This document shows positions 1-9,874 of a DNA stretch of 64,000 bases, piece after piece. The notes under the pieces are model-generated. The model did no database searches and had not been told where the DNA came from. It saw nothing but the letters and a program-made list of their open reading frames with translations. Origin of the DNA: an uncultured Verrucomicrobiae bacterium (GTDB taxonomy: Bacteria > Verrucomicrobiota > Verrucomicrobiia > Chthoniobacterales > Chthoniobacteraceae). A program made the translations under genes and the position numbers. The number at the start of each line of letters is the position of its first letter. Position 1 is the stretch's first letter. The DNA is taken from NCBI GenBank assembly GCA_963836755.1, contig CAWIKF010000002.1:672001-736000 (forward strand), in the 5' to 3' direction.

Positions 1-692
1 CCGGTGAGATTCGACGTGCCTGCGAAAATGTTCGCACCCTCGCCGACCTCGACTGGCAAAGCTTCTCCGGTGATTGTCGCCTGGTTTACGGTGGACCATC
101 CGCTCAGCACGCATCCGTCGGCGGGAACCGTGTCGCCAGGCCGGATCCGCACCCGATCGCCGGCGCGCAGCGATTCCGCATCGACGAGTTCCTCCTCTCC
201 GCCGCGCACGCGCCGCGCGCTCGCTCGCGCGAGATGAAGCAGGCTGTTGATGGCCGCATTTGTGCCGAGCATGCTGCGATCCTCGAGCACGTGGCCGAGC
301 AAAAGAATCACCGCGACGATGCCGGCGGTGACGTAAAGTCCGCTCGCGAAACAGGCCAGCACCGCGAGCGTGATGAACTGGTTCATGTAAAACTCCGTGT
401 TGTCGGCCTCGCGTGAAAACAGGCCGCGCAGCGCGTCGCGCAAAATCGGAATCGCCGCTAAAACCGCGCCAGCCATTGCCGCGGCGCTTGCCAATTCCGG
501 TTGCTCCGGCCGCAACCAACGCAACAGCCCGCTGAGTATCAAAAAAACCGCTCCGCAAAAAACAAACAGCAGTCGAAGGCGCAAGCCGCCTTCGCTGTGA
601 TCATGCCCGCAGCACGCGGGTCCGTGCAGATGCTCGTGATCGTGCGCAGCCTCGTCGTGATGATGATGTTCCTCGATGGCCGTGGCGTTCAT
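1..692 (-). CDS. Heavy-metal-translocating P1B-type ATPase, N-terminal part (runs off the window)
   Basis: Not in the ORF track; I translated it from the ATG at 692: MNATAIEEHHHHDEAAHDHEHLHGPACCGHDH, then TM helices, then the actuator domain RIRPGDTVPADG...VNQATITGEALPVEV...IFAGTSN. Confidence 0.9.
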   Translation of the reverse strand, partial: MNATAIEEHHHHDEAAHDHEHLHGPACCGHDHSEGGLRLRLLFVFCGAVFLILSGLLRWLRPEQPELASAAAMAGAVLAAIPILRDALRGLFSREADNTEFYMNQFITLAVLACFASGLYVTAGIVAVILLLGHVLEDRSMLGTNAAINSLLHLARASARRVRGGEEELVDAESLRAGDRVRIRPGDTVPADGCVLSGWSTVNQATITGEALPVEVGEGANIFAGTSNLT

Positions 693-702
693 GAAAGTTG
701 CA

Positions 703-1842
703 TCATTCTTCGTCGTCGTTCAGCCGATTTTTTGACGGAGCTGCCGGCGTTTTATTTGATGGCAAAGGTTCGGACGGCAATGGCTCCACGCCAGTCTCAG
801 GGCCGGGTTCCGCCGGTTCGGCTTGTTCCGCCGGCCTGGACTCGACCGTTTGCCCGATTTGCGGCGCGAGCAGCAATCGCACTTCGCCATTTGCATTCGG
901 CATCACTGTCGTGATGCGCACCTTCGCGAGAGTGGTCTGAATCATCTCATTATAAAGGCGCGCGCGGATCAGTTGCGGATTCGCCTTGTATTCATGCAGC
1001 AGCGCGAGAAACGCCGACGCCTGCCCCTGCGCCTGCGACACCTGTTCCTGCGCGAACGTATCCGCCGCCGACTTCACGCGATACGCCTCCGCCTGCGCTT
1101 CGGGAATCATCGAAGCGTGATAGCTATTTGCCGGTTCGATCAACGTCTTTGCCTCCACTTTCGCGCTGATCACATCTTGAAAAGCGGCGGCCACCTGCGC
1201 CGGCGGATCAATCTCGCGTGTTTCGATCGCGAGCAATTGCACACCGAGGCCGAGCCGGTCGATCTCCGCCTGCGACAGCCGTTGCGTTTCGCGGCTGACG
1301 AAATCGCGGCGCGTCGTGAGCACATCATCGACCGACATTCCCGCGATCACTCTGCAAACGTTTTGATAAACAACCGCATCGAGCAGCTCATCGCGATCCG
1401 TCGCGCCAAAAACGTAGTCGGCAGCGTTCGAAACTTGATAGCGCGCGGAAAATTTTGCGCGGATGATATTTGCGTCGCCCGTCAACGTGTAAGGATCATT
1501 CACCGGATGCAGCGTCGCGTTGAATTCGAGCGACTGCGGCGACGCATTCGCCGGCTCCGCCCAATCCGCGAGAGTCCGCTCCTGCACGGTTTTCGCGTCG
1601 ATCAAAACCACTTCATCGATCGGTGCCGGCAAAGCGAAAAGCAATCCGGGCGGATGAACTTCCGGCAGCAATTTTCCAAAACGCAGCACCAATCCCGCCT
1701 GGCTCGGGCCGACCATCGTGATGCCCGATGCGAGATAAACCAGCACCAGCGCTGCCATTCCCCAGCGCAGCACGCGGATGCTCGAGCGGAGCGCCGCGAG
1801 GATCGCGTGCGCGGAAAAAAGCGCGTCTTCTTTTTGCTTCAT
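703..1842 (-). CDS. SPFH/band-7 protein, HflK-like
   Basis: One N-terminal TM, then GLVLRFGK, LTGDANII, PPAQVAAAFQDV, AxxYxxxxIPEAQAEA; typical HflK pattern. Confidence 0.85.
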   Translation of the reverse strand: MKQKEDALFSAHAILAALRSSIRVLRWGMAALVLVYLASGITMVGPSQAGLVLRFGKLLPEVHPPGLLFALPAPIDEVVLIDAKTVQERTLADWAEPANASPQSLEFNATLHPVNDPYTLTGDANIIRAKFSARYQVSNAADYVFGATDRDELLDAVVYQNVCRVIAGMSVDDVLTTRRDFVSRETQRLSQAEIDRLGLGVQLLAIETREIDPPAQVAAAFQDVISAKVEAKTLIEPANSYHASMIPEAQAEAYRVKSAADTFAQEQVSQAQGQASAFLALLHEYKANPQLIRARLYNEMIQTTLAKVRITTVMPNANGEVRLLLAPQIGQTVESRPAEQAEPAEPGPETGVEPLPSEPLPSNKTPAAPSKNRLNDDEE

Positions 1843-2759
1843 GGCGCGGCTTTCGCTGGCGCGGGACCCGGCTCTGCGCCTTGCGATTTCAGCAGATCGA
1901 ACGGTTCGGAATTTGTGTCGAGCACGATCGTCGTGTTTTGGTTGACGACTTTTTTCAAAGCCTCCACGTCGCGCTGGAACTTATAAAAATCAGGATCCTG
2001 GCTGTGCGCCGCGGCGTAAATGTGCGCCGCCTCCGCCTCGGCCTTGCCGTGAGTTTCCGCGGAATATTTATTCGCCTCGGCGATGATGACGGTTTTCTCC
2101 GCATCGGTCTGCGCACGGATTGCATCGGCTTCCTGCTGGCCTTCCGCGCGATAGCTCGCGGCGAATTGCGAACGTTCCGCGCGCATCCGTTCAAAGACGT
2201 AACGCGTGTTTACTTCCGGCAGCGTGAGCCGCTGAATCCCGACTTGTTCGATCGAAATTCCAAACGAATCGCGCGCCTGCGCCGAGGTGCTCTGCGCGAT
2301 TTTGTTTTCGATTTCCGTGAGCCGCACTTCGTCCGGATTTACCGAGACAAGCTGGTTGAAATCGTAAGTGCCGAGCACCGTATTTTTGGCGCTGCTGACG
2401 AGGCCGTCGAGTTTGCTGCGTGCATTGTCGACATTGCCGATCGCTTCCAAAAACTTCCGCGGATCCACGACGCGCCATGCGACAAAAACGGGCACGATGA
2501 CATTGCGTTTGTCCTTCGTGAGCGTTTCGGAAATGCGCGTCTGGTAAAAGTTCAGGCGCGCGTCGAATCGGTTCACATTCTCGATCGGCCACGGCCATTT
2601 CAAATAAAGTCCCGGCTGCTCGATGACTCGCGCAGGGCTGCCAAATTCGGTGACGACGACTTTTTCATTCTGCCGCACTTGAAATGCGATCATGAAAAAA
2701 ATGAGCACGGCGACGACGATCAATGCGACGGCGAGGCGGACGAAAATATTGGATTTCAT
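1839..2759 (-). CDS. hflC: SPFH protein HflC-like
   Basis: VVTEFGSP, PGLYLKWPWPIENV, LTKDKRNV, VFERMRAER, DPDFYKF; overlaps the next gene by 4 bp. Confidence 0.85.
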   Translation of the reverse strand: MKSNIFVRLAVALIVVAVLIFFMIAFQVRQNEKVVVTEFGSPARVIEQPGLYLKWPWPIENVNRFDARLNFYQTRISETLTKDKRNVIVPVFVAWRVVDPRKFLEAIGNVDNARSKLDGLVSSAKNTVLGTYDFNQLVSVNPDEVRLTEIENKIAQSTSAQARDSFGISIEQVGIQRLTLPEVNTRYVFERMRAERSQFAASYRAEGQQEADAIRAQTDAEKTVIIAEANKYSAETHGKAEAEAAHIYAAAHSQDPDFYKFQRDVEALKKVVNQNTTIVLDTNSEPFDLLKSQGAEPGPAPAKAAP

Positions 2760-2774
2760 GAATTTGTTTTTTGT

Positions 2775-4589
2775 TTACGGCGGCGGCAGATCGCTTGTGT
2801 TGCGCAGGTCGAGATAAACCTGGTCATGCGCGGCGGCGGGGCCATCGAGAATAACTTTCGTCGGCTTCACGAGCGCGTCCTGCAATGTGTCGAGACGGAT
2901 GCGCGCTCGAAACAAAGCCGGGTTTTCTTCCTCCGATTTTGCAACTGCGAGGAACTGCGAAGTTTCGCCCTCCGCCTGCGCAACGCGTTGTTTCGCATCG
3001 GCATCGGCTGTCACTTTTTCCCGCGTCGCCTGCGCCTTCGCGGCGGGCATCGTGTCCGCGCGATATGCGCGCGCGATGTCGATCATGCTTTCCTTTTGTT
3101 CCTCCGCGCTGACGACTTCCTCATACGCCGGCGCGACGTCCACGGGCGGATGAATGTCTTTCATTCCGACGAACAAAATCTGCAGACCGAGGCCGAGACG
3201 ATCAACTTCACTTTGTAAAACAGTTTTTAACTGTGTGGTAATAGCGGCGCGCTCCGTGGTCATAATTGCAAAGCTGTCGCGCGAGCCGGTGATCTGGATG
3301 AGCTTTCGCTCGGCGAGGCTCGCCAGCGCTTCATCCGGGTCGTTCGTCGTTTGCAAAAAAGCCACCGGATCGGCGATGCGATAAAAGATAGGCACGTTGA
3401 TCGTGAGCAGCGATTCGCCATTGCCGACGAGCAGATTTTTTTCGCCCTCCGCATGTTTTTCCGTCCAAAGCACCGGCCCGCTCAGGTCCTTGTCGAAGCC
3501 GAGCGAAACGCTTCGCACGAGCTCGGTGGGGATGATCTGCACGTCGGCAAACGGCCGCGGCCAGGTGAAATGCAAACCCGGCTGCAGCGGGATCGGTAAA
3601 TATTTTCCGAGCAAAATTTCCACGCCGCGGCTGCCGGCGGGAACCGCTGTGAAGCAGGTGGAAAACCAGACGAGTGCGCCGGTCGCGAGCAGCATCGGCA
3701 CGGCGATTCCGCGGACGAATTCGAAGAACCAAAGCTCGCTGACTTTCGCGCCGACGAGATTTTCAAAGCTCGCGACTGCGGCGCGCCAGCCTTTGCCGTG
3801 GCCGAATCCCGCGTCGAGGAAAAGGCTCGTGCCGGCGGGCGTGCTCACATCGCGCAACGCGACGGGTTGGTAAAATCTCGCACCGAAGCGGACGAGCGTT
3901 TCGGCGGCGAGAACGATCGTCAGCGCGAGCAGCGGCCAGCCGAGAAGCGCGCCAAAATCGCGCGTCGTCATCAAGTCGATAAAGACCACCGCAGCCGTCG
4001 CGAGTGAAACCCAAAACGCGATGTGCGTGAGATGGAGCAGGCCATCAAGCGCAGCGGTTTTTAATCGCGATTGAATGGCATCGGCGAACTGCCGCAGGAA
4101 AAAAAGCATGCATCCCGAGGCGAGCGCGATGACCGCGATCATTTGTAAAACTGAGCGCTGCGCGTTGCCGAGCGCGCCGCCCGCGCTGTCGCGAAAAACC
4201 GCGAAACCGATCATCAGACCGCACACCAAAATCACCCATTGCCAGCGGCTCGCGAAGTCCGGCAGGAAAGGCGTGGCGCTCACCGTGGGATCTGAGCTGC
4301 CGATGCTCTCGCGCTTTTCGAGCTCGCGATTGTATTCGAGATTTCGCCGGTCGCGGACGGCGCTGCGGAAGAAAAAATAATGGATCGCGCCGACGATGCT
4401 GCACCACGCAAAAAAGCTGCCGATGCCCGCCAGCAAAGGATTCGGAGCGGATTGAGCGATCGTGCCGAAGCAGGCCGCCGCGACGATGAACAGCAGCGCG
4501 ATCAGTAGCGCAGCGCGTTGCAGGCGCGTGAGTTCGCTCGCGGTCAACTGCGGACCGCTTTCGATTTTTTCCAAGATTTCGCCTGGCAT
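2775..4589 (-). CDS. Multi-TM protein with C-terminal SPFH (HflK-like) domain
   Basis: About 7 hydrophobic segments, then PGLHFTWPRPF and DIHPPVDVAPAYEEVVSAEE. Confidence 0.8.
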   Translation of the reverse strand: MPGEILEKIESGPQLTASELTRLQRAALLIALLFIVAAACFGTIAQSAPNPLLAGIGSFFAWCSIVGAIHYFFFRSAVRDRRNLEYNRELEKRESIGSSDPTVSATPFLPDFASRWQWVILVCGLMIGFAVFRDSAGGALGNAQRSVLQMIAVIALASGCMLFFLRQFADAIQSRLKTAALDGLLHLTHIAFWVSLATAAVVFIDLMTTRDFGALLGWPLLALTIVLAAETLVRFGARFYQPVALRDVSTPAGTSLFLDAGFGHGKGWRAAVASFENLVGAKVSELWFFEFVRGIAVPMLLATGALVWFSTCFTAVPAGSRGVEILLGKYLPIPLQPGLHFTWPRPFADVQIIPTELVRSVSLGFDKDLSGPVLWTEKHAEGEKNLLVGNGESLLTINVPIFYRIADPVAFLQTTNDPDEALASLAERKLIQITGSRDSFAIMTTERAAITTQLKTVLQSEVDRLGLGLQILFVGMKDIHPPVDVAPAYEEVVSAEEQKESMIDIARAYRADTMPAAKAQATREKVTADADAKQRVAQAEGETSQFLAVAKSEEENPALFRARIRLDTLQDALVKPTKVILDGPAAAHDQVYLDLRNTSDLPPP

Positions 4590-4598
4590 GACGCGCGG

Positions 4599-6521
4599 CT
4601 ATTTATCCAAATGCTTCTCCAAAAATGCTTCCATCTTTGTGTAAAAATCGATCCGGTTTTCCGGATTTTCGAATCCGTGACCCTCGTCCATTTTCACCAT
4701 GTATTCGACAGGTCGTCCGTTCTTTTTGAGCGCGGCGACGATCTGCTCGGCCTCGGCGTGATTGACGCGCGGGTCGTTGTAGCCTTGCGCGATGAAGAGC
4801 GGCGCCTTTATTTTATCCGCCGCGAAAAGCGGGGAGCGTGAGCGCAAAAAATCCTTGTCCGTCGCGGGATTGCCGACGCGGCGATACATCACATCGCGAA
4901 AAGTTTCCCAATACGGCGGGATCGTGTTCATGAATGTGAGCAGGTTTGAAATGCCGACGTAATCGACGCCGCACGCGAAGACGTCCGGTCGAAATGCGAG
5001 TGCCGCGAGCGTGGCGTAACCGCCGTAGCTGCCGCCATAAATGCCGATCCGTTTTTTGTCGGCGATGCCGTTGGCGACGATCCAATCGACGCCGTCGATC
5101 AAGTCATCGAGCATCTTGCCGCCCCACTCGCGATCGCCCGCGTGCAGGAACTTTTTTCCATATCCAGTCGAGCCGCGGAAGTTGATTTGCAGCACAGCGA
5201 AACCGCGATTGGCGAGGAACTGAATTTCGGGATCGTAGCCCCAATCATCGCGCGCCCACGGGCCGCCGTGGACGACGAGCACTGTCGGCAGATTTTTTTC
5301 CGGCACGCCTTTTGGCAGGCTCAAGTAGCCGTGAATCGTGAGGCCGTCGCGGCTTTGAAACGAAACCGGTTTCATGTCGACGAGCTCGTCGGGTTTCAGC
5401 CACGGGCGCGGACGATAGAGAAACTTTGAGTCGCCGGTGTCGCGGTCGTAGAGATAGGTCGCGCCGGGATCGGTGGGCGAGTTGAATGCAATGATCCATT
5501 TGCGCTCGTCATCATCGCTGCTGCGAAAGAGCGGCTCGCCGTCATGGATTTTTTGGACGGTCGCAAGATCCTTCGCAAACTGCGGATCAAAGGTTTGATA
5601 GACGACCTTGTCCTTATTGTAAGCGACCGCGAGCAGCTTGTGAGTTTTGTCGCTGATCAGCACATCCTCGATGTCGTAGTGCGGATCCTGCGCGATCAAA
5701 GTTTCCTTTCCCGAATCAATCTCGAGCTTCACGAGCCGCGTCGTGTCGGCGTTGCGCGCATCGGTGAAATATAAAAAAGAACCATCCTCGCTGAATGCCT
5801 GGATCGCCGCATTTTCTTCATCGGTGTAAGTGCCGAGCACGCGGAACGGTCCGGTGCCGGAATCGCGCACGCGGATCTGCGTTTTGCCGCCTTCGATCTG
5901 CGCGGCGCATGCGCGGAGGACGCCATGCGTATCGGCATACCAGCTATCCACATCGCCGGGATTTTTTTCCAAAAGCTGCAGCTCGCCCGTGGAAATCTGC
6001 AGATGGTAAACGTCGAAATATTTCGGGTCGCGCGCGTTGAGCGTGATCAGCGCCTCATCGGGATGCTCGCGCGGAAGATCGATGATTTCTGCGCGCGCGC
6101 CTTTGTGCGGAGTCAGGTCAAGCGCGGGCTTGTCCGGCTGCGAAGGATCGGCGCGATAGAGATGGTAATTTTCATTCCCGCCCTGGTCCTGCTCGTAAAT
6201 CAAATAGCGGCCGTCGCGCGTCCACGAGAAATGAAAAATCCCGCGCTGCGTGTCGTGAGTCACCGCCTTCGCCTTTGCGAAATCATCGCCGACTTCGCAG
6301 ACGAAAACATTCATCCGATTTTTTTCCGGCGCGAGAAAAGCGTAGCGCTTCCCATCCGGCGAAAGATCGGCGCTGCTGATCTTCGGGTTGTTAAAAAAAT
6401 CGGACACCGGAATCTGCGGCGGCTTTTCCATGGCGAAGAGGAGTGACGAGAGACTGCAGACGAGAAGCGCCGCAAAAAAAATCGGACGATGACGCAAATT
6501 AAAATTTTTACAGCGAGTCAT
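4599..6521 (-). CDS. S9 family (prolyl oligopeptidase/acylaminoacyl peptidase) serine peptidase, probably exported
   Basis: HGGPW, NFRGSTGYG, nucleophile GGSYGG, QGYNDPRV and DEGHGF catalytic motifs. The start is probably the ATG at 6521, before a signal-like segment, rather than 6698. Confidence 0.9.
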   Translation of the reverse strand: MTRCKNFNLRHRPIFFAALLVCSLSSLLFAMEKPPQIPVSDFFNNPKISSADLSPDGKRYAFLAPEKNRMNVFVCEVGDDFAKAKAVTHDTQRGIFHFSWTRDGRYLIYEQDQGGNENYHLYRADPSQPDKPALDLTPHKGARAEIIDLPREHPDEALITLNARDPKYFDVYHLQISTGELQLLEKNPGDVDSWYADTHGVLRACAAQIEGGKTQIRVRDSGTGPFRVLGTYTDEENAAIQAFSEDGSFLYFTDARNADTTRLVKLEIDSGKETLIAQDPHYDIEDVLISDKTHKLLAVAYNKDKVVYQTFDPQFAKDLATVQKIHDGEPLFRSSDDDERKWIIAFNSPTDPGATYLYDRDTGDSKFLYRPRPWLKPDELVDMKPVSFQSRDGLTIHGYLSLPKGVPEKNLPTVLVVHGGPWARDDWGYDPEIQFLANRGFAVLQINFRGSTGYGKKFLHAGDREWGGKMLDDLIDGVDWIVANGIADKKRIGIYGGSYGGYATLAALAFRPDVFACGVDYVGISNLLTFMNTIPPYWETFRDVMYRRVGNPATDKDFLRSRSPLFAADKIKAPLFIAQGYNDPRVNHAEAEQIVAALKKNGRPVEYMVKMDEGHGFENPENRIDFYTKMEAFLEKHLDK

Positions 6522-6624
6522 GAATCGGTCGGAAGAATGTGGTTTGAAGTCCATTGATGATTGGCAAGAAGCCTTTGCGACGAAGGATCGCGCGGTCTGC
6601 AAAAAGAGTCCCTGCCGGTAAAAT

Positions 6625-6743
6625 CGCAAGAAGCTTGCATTAATCTTCCCGCGAATGAATGTCAACTTTCGACAGGTGCCACGAAAGAAGGAGAGCATCG
6701 GAAAAAACGAGGGTGTTCAAATGTTTCGTGCAAGTAAATTGCG
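6625..6743. promoter_or_regulatory. Two candidate Fur-family operator palindromes (GCAA-N5-TTGC)
   Basis: CGCAAGAAGCTTGCA at 6625-6639 and TGCAAGTAAATTGCG at 6729-6743, in the divergent intergenic region. Confidence 0.4.
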
Positions 6744-6793
6744 TCGCGAAAATTTCACCGTTGAGATTCCGGTAAAGTTCGAGTCAATTACAA

Positions 6794-7246
6794 GTGTCCG
6801 TGAAAAAGAAAGAAGCTGAAGCAAAACTAAACTGGGCAGTGGAGGAGTGCCGCGTGCGAGGACTGCGCCGCACGCACGCCTTGCGCGAACTGCTCCGTTA
6901 CCTTCTCAAAAATAATCGCCCGGTGAACTGGACGATCCTCAGCAATGAACCGGAAATCCGCGCTTGCTGCGATCCATCCAGCGCCTTTCGAGTCTTGGTG
7001 AAGCTCGAAGAGATCGGACTGGTGCGACGCATGGGTTCACCCGATCGCTCCTACTACTTCGTTCTCACGCTTCCGGGCGAACATCACGACTACCTGATCT
7101 GCAAAGGTTGCGGAAAGATCGATGACCTGGACATCAATTGTCCGGTCGAAGTCTTGGAAAAAAAGATCAGCCGGAAGAGTGGCTACAGCGAACTTTACCA
7201 CGAGCTAGACTTCTTTGGGATCTGCCCAAAGTGCCAGGCTGCCTGA
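6794..7246 (+). CDS. Fur-family transcriptional regulator (Zur-like)
   Basis: GLRRT, HHDYLICKGCG, HELDFFGICPKC: two CxxC motifs plus a His motif. Confidence 0.9.
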   Translation: MSVKKKEAEAKLNWAVEECRVRGLRRTHALRELLRYLLKNNRPVNWTILSNEPEIRACCDPSSAFRVLVKLEEIGLVRRMGSPDRSYYFVLTLPGEHHDYLICKGCGKIDDLDINCPVEVLEKKISRKSGYSELYHELDFFGICPKCQAA

Positions 7247-7437
7247 GGAAAGCCACCGCAGGAACGGCGTTTCTCTTGGTGAAGAGTTCACCAGAGTTGG
7301 TGGTGGAGCGGGCGGTAACTTTGTCAGTCTGAAAATGTTTGCAGAGTCGCAACTCGAAAACATCACCGCCCGCGCTCACTCAACTTATTGGGACAACCCG
7401 GAAGCCAATCGCGAAGCTTCCGAGTAGGTAATGGGTT

Positions 7438-7821
7438 CTACGACGCGGGAGTTGCGGACGCTTCTTTTTTGCGTGCTGCCCAACGGGCTTTCATCGCAGC
7501 GGCCAGCTTTGCGCGGCCTTGAGGAGTAAGACCGCCTTTTTTCTTGGGAGCTTTTTTTGCTGCGGCAGGCTTTGGCGCGGACGCGGTTGCTTTGCCTTTG
7601 ATCTTAGCCCAGCGCGCCTTTGCAGCCGCGGCAATCTTTGCTCGCGAAGCCGCACTCATCTTGCTACGGCGGGCTGTCTTCTTGGCGGGGGCAGATGGAC
7701 TCGAAGTCGAATCCGACCGGCCGAGGAGTTTGTTGAGTTTGTTTTGGAGACTTTCAATCTGCTCGTGGAGGTTAACAGCTTCCTTGAGAGATTGAAGTGA
7801 TAGTGAGGTGGTATTAGCCAT
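7438..7821 (-). CDS. Small basic Lys/Ala-rich histone-like protein
   Basis: N-terminal coiled coil, then two RAK(I/L)AAA(A/M)KARWA repeats; very basic. Confidence 0.65.
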   Translation of the reverse strand: MANTTSLSLQSLKEAVNLHEQIESLQNKLNKLLGRSDSTSSPSAPAKKTARRSKMSAASRAKIAAAAKARWAKIKGKATASAPKPAAAKKAPKKKGGLTPQGRAKLAAAMKARWAARKKEASATPAS

Positions 7822-7967
7822 ATCGTTGAGCTATAGCTTCTACCTAGCTCGCGTCAATACATTTGTTATAATTCATTAGCACGAGCTTTAGTTCGATTCG
7901 TGACTGAACTATGAAGGCCAGCTTGTCGAAATGAGATCTTGTGGTTAACTGCAGAGCTCTTTCGTCG

Positions 7968-8660
7968 ATGAAATACTCACGCTGGCTTTTGCTTTTGGTT
8001 TTTATGGCGAGCACCACAGCTATGGGACAAGCTCCAGCACCGATGAAAGAAGTCGACGCCAACATCTTTCAACTCGGCGACATCCGGATCGACAAGCGGG
8101 CGAGGAGCGTGACATTCCCCGGCATGATCAACATGCGGGGCGGCAGCCTTGAGTATCTACTCGTGCAAGAACAAGGGAAGACGCATGAGAGTTTACTCTC
8201 AACAAAGGTCGAGCCTTCGGAATTGCATGTGGCGATGCTGCTGCTCGGCGCGAAGGATTCCGCCGGAGATGGAAAGGGGCCTCCGGAGCAGATTGACCAA
8301 ACATTTTTAAAACATGCGCCGAAGTTGCAAGGCGCGGAGATCGAAATTCGCATCACATGGGAACTTGATGGGCGACAGACGCAGGCTCGCGCGGAGGATT
8401 TGCTTTTGCGCAAGAAGAAGCCTTTGCAGCAAGACGGAGCCTGGATCTACAACGGCTCAATCATCGTCGACGGCAAATTTCTAGCGCAGGCCGAAGGGTC
8501 GATTGTTTCCATCGTGACGGATCCCACAGCGCTTATTAATAACGAACGGCTCGGAAATGATGACGACCAGATCTGGACTCCGCGCGCTGACAAACTCCCG
8601 CCATTGAACACGCCGGTGAACATCACCTTCAAGCTTCTGTCTAAAAATACTTCGAAGTGA
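7968..8660 (+). CDS. Exported YdjY-like domain protein
   Basis: Signal peptide; LEYLLV..GKTHESLL..PSELHVAMLLLG resembles YdjY-family proteins (from memory). Confidence 0.55.
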   Translation: MKYSRWLLLLVFMASTTAMGQAPAPMKEVDANIFQLGDIRIDKRARSVTFPGMINMRGGSLEYLLVQEQGKTHESLLSTKVEPSELHVAMLLLGAKDSAGDGKGPPEQIDQTFLKHAPKLQGAEIEIRITWELDGRQTQARAEDLLLRKKKPLQQDGAWIYNGSIIVDGKFLAQAEGSIVSIVTDPTALINNERLGNDDDQIWTPRADKLPPLNTPVNITFKLLSKNTSK

Positions 8661-9799
8661 AATTCATCGGTCTCTTCTTTTTTCTTGGTCTCGGAATCCT
8701 TTGCGCGCAAGAGCCGATTCCGCAGCGAACGGCGGATCTGTCCGTGCGCAATGAAGTTCAGCTCGCGATCGACAAAGGTCTCGATTGGTTGCGAAAGAAT
8801 CAGAATCCGGACGGTTCGTGGTCTTTGAATGAGCAACCCGCGCTGACCGCGCTTCCGTTGTCGGCATTCATGGCCGGGCCGGGCAGGGACTTTGAAAAAA
8901 GTCCGCCCGCGTTTTTGCAAAAAGGTTACCAGTTTCTGCTCAGTTCTGTGCAGCCGGATGGCGGCATCTATCGCAAGGGCCTCGCCAACTATAATACTTC
9001 GATCTCGCTCATGGCATTGCTCGCGGCGCATGACGCGAAGTTTGATCCGACAGTTCGCGCTGCGCGTGACTTCATCATCAGCCAGCAGGCGAAAGGACTT
9101 GCAGATCCTTCACTCGACGGCGGGATGGGCTACGGCTCCACCGGCAGTGCACGTCAGCATCCAGACCTTTCCAATACCGAGGCCGCGCTCGACGCTTTGT
9201 ATCACAGCAAGATTGAGACGGGCTCAGAGCTCCCGCATGCAAAGGATCTCGATTGGGCCGCGGCCATCGCCTTTATCCAGCGCTGCCAAAATCTTCCGTC
9301 TGTGAATAAGGAAAAGTGGGCGAGCAATGACCCGGAAAACAAAGGCGGCTTCGTCTATTTTCCGGGTGAGAGCGCGGCGGGCGAGATGCAGTTGCCCGAT
9401 GGGAAGAAAGCGCTGCGCTCTTATGGGAGCATGAGCTACGCGGGCCTCATGAGTTATCTTTACGCTGACTTAAAGAAAGATGATCCGCGCGTGAAGGCAG
9501 TCATGGATTGGCTGCGCGCGCATTATTCCATCGAGGAAAATCCCGGCATGGGTTCCGATGGACTCTTCTATTACTACCAAATGATGGCGAAGGCGCTTCA
9601 TGCCAGCGGCACGCGCGAAATGAAGCTCGCGAATGGCCGCGAGGTGGACTGGAGAAAAGATTTGGCGCTAAAGTTGATCGACCTGCAAAAGCCGGACGGT
9701 TCCTGGGCCAATGACAGCGGACGCTGGATGGAAAAAGATCCCGTGCTTTCGACCTCTTACGCGCTGTTGACTCTCGAGATCATCTACCGCGCATTATAA
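8657..9799 (+). CDS. Prenyltransferase/squalene-cyclase repeat protein, exported
   Basis: Repeated QW-type motifs (QNPDGSW, QPDGG, QKPDGSW); signal peptide; 4-bp overlap with the upstream gene. Confidence 0.8.
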   Translation: MKFIGLFFFLGLGILCAQEPIPQRTADLSVRNEVQLAIDKGLDWLRKNQNPDGSWSLNEQPALTALPLSAFMAGPGRDFEKSPPAFLQKGYQFLLSSVQPDGGIYRKGLANYNTSISLMALLAAHDAKFDPTVRAARDFIISQQAKGLADPSLDGGMGYGSTGSARQHPDLSNTEAALDALYHSKIETGSELPHAKDLDWAAAIAFIQRCQNLPSVNKEKWASNDPENKGGFVYFPGESAAGEMQLPDGKKALRSYGSMSYAGLMSYLYADLKKDDPRVKAVMDWLRAHYSIEENPGMGSDGLFYYYQMMAKALHASGTREMKLANGREVDWRKDLALKLIDLQKPDGSWANDSGRWMEKDPVLSTSYALLTLEIIYRAL

Positions 9800-9874
9800 T
9801 TGGCGCGGAAGCTTGTGTTTCGCGAGGCTGGTGCTTAGGTTTTTGGTGACGCCCCCCGAAATTCCAGAGATCCG

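Noticed and set aside
823..3218. Long plus-strand ORFs 823-1986 and 1728-3218
   Set aside because: Antisense shadows of the SPFH genes in high-GC DNA, with no recognisable motifs
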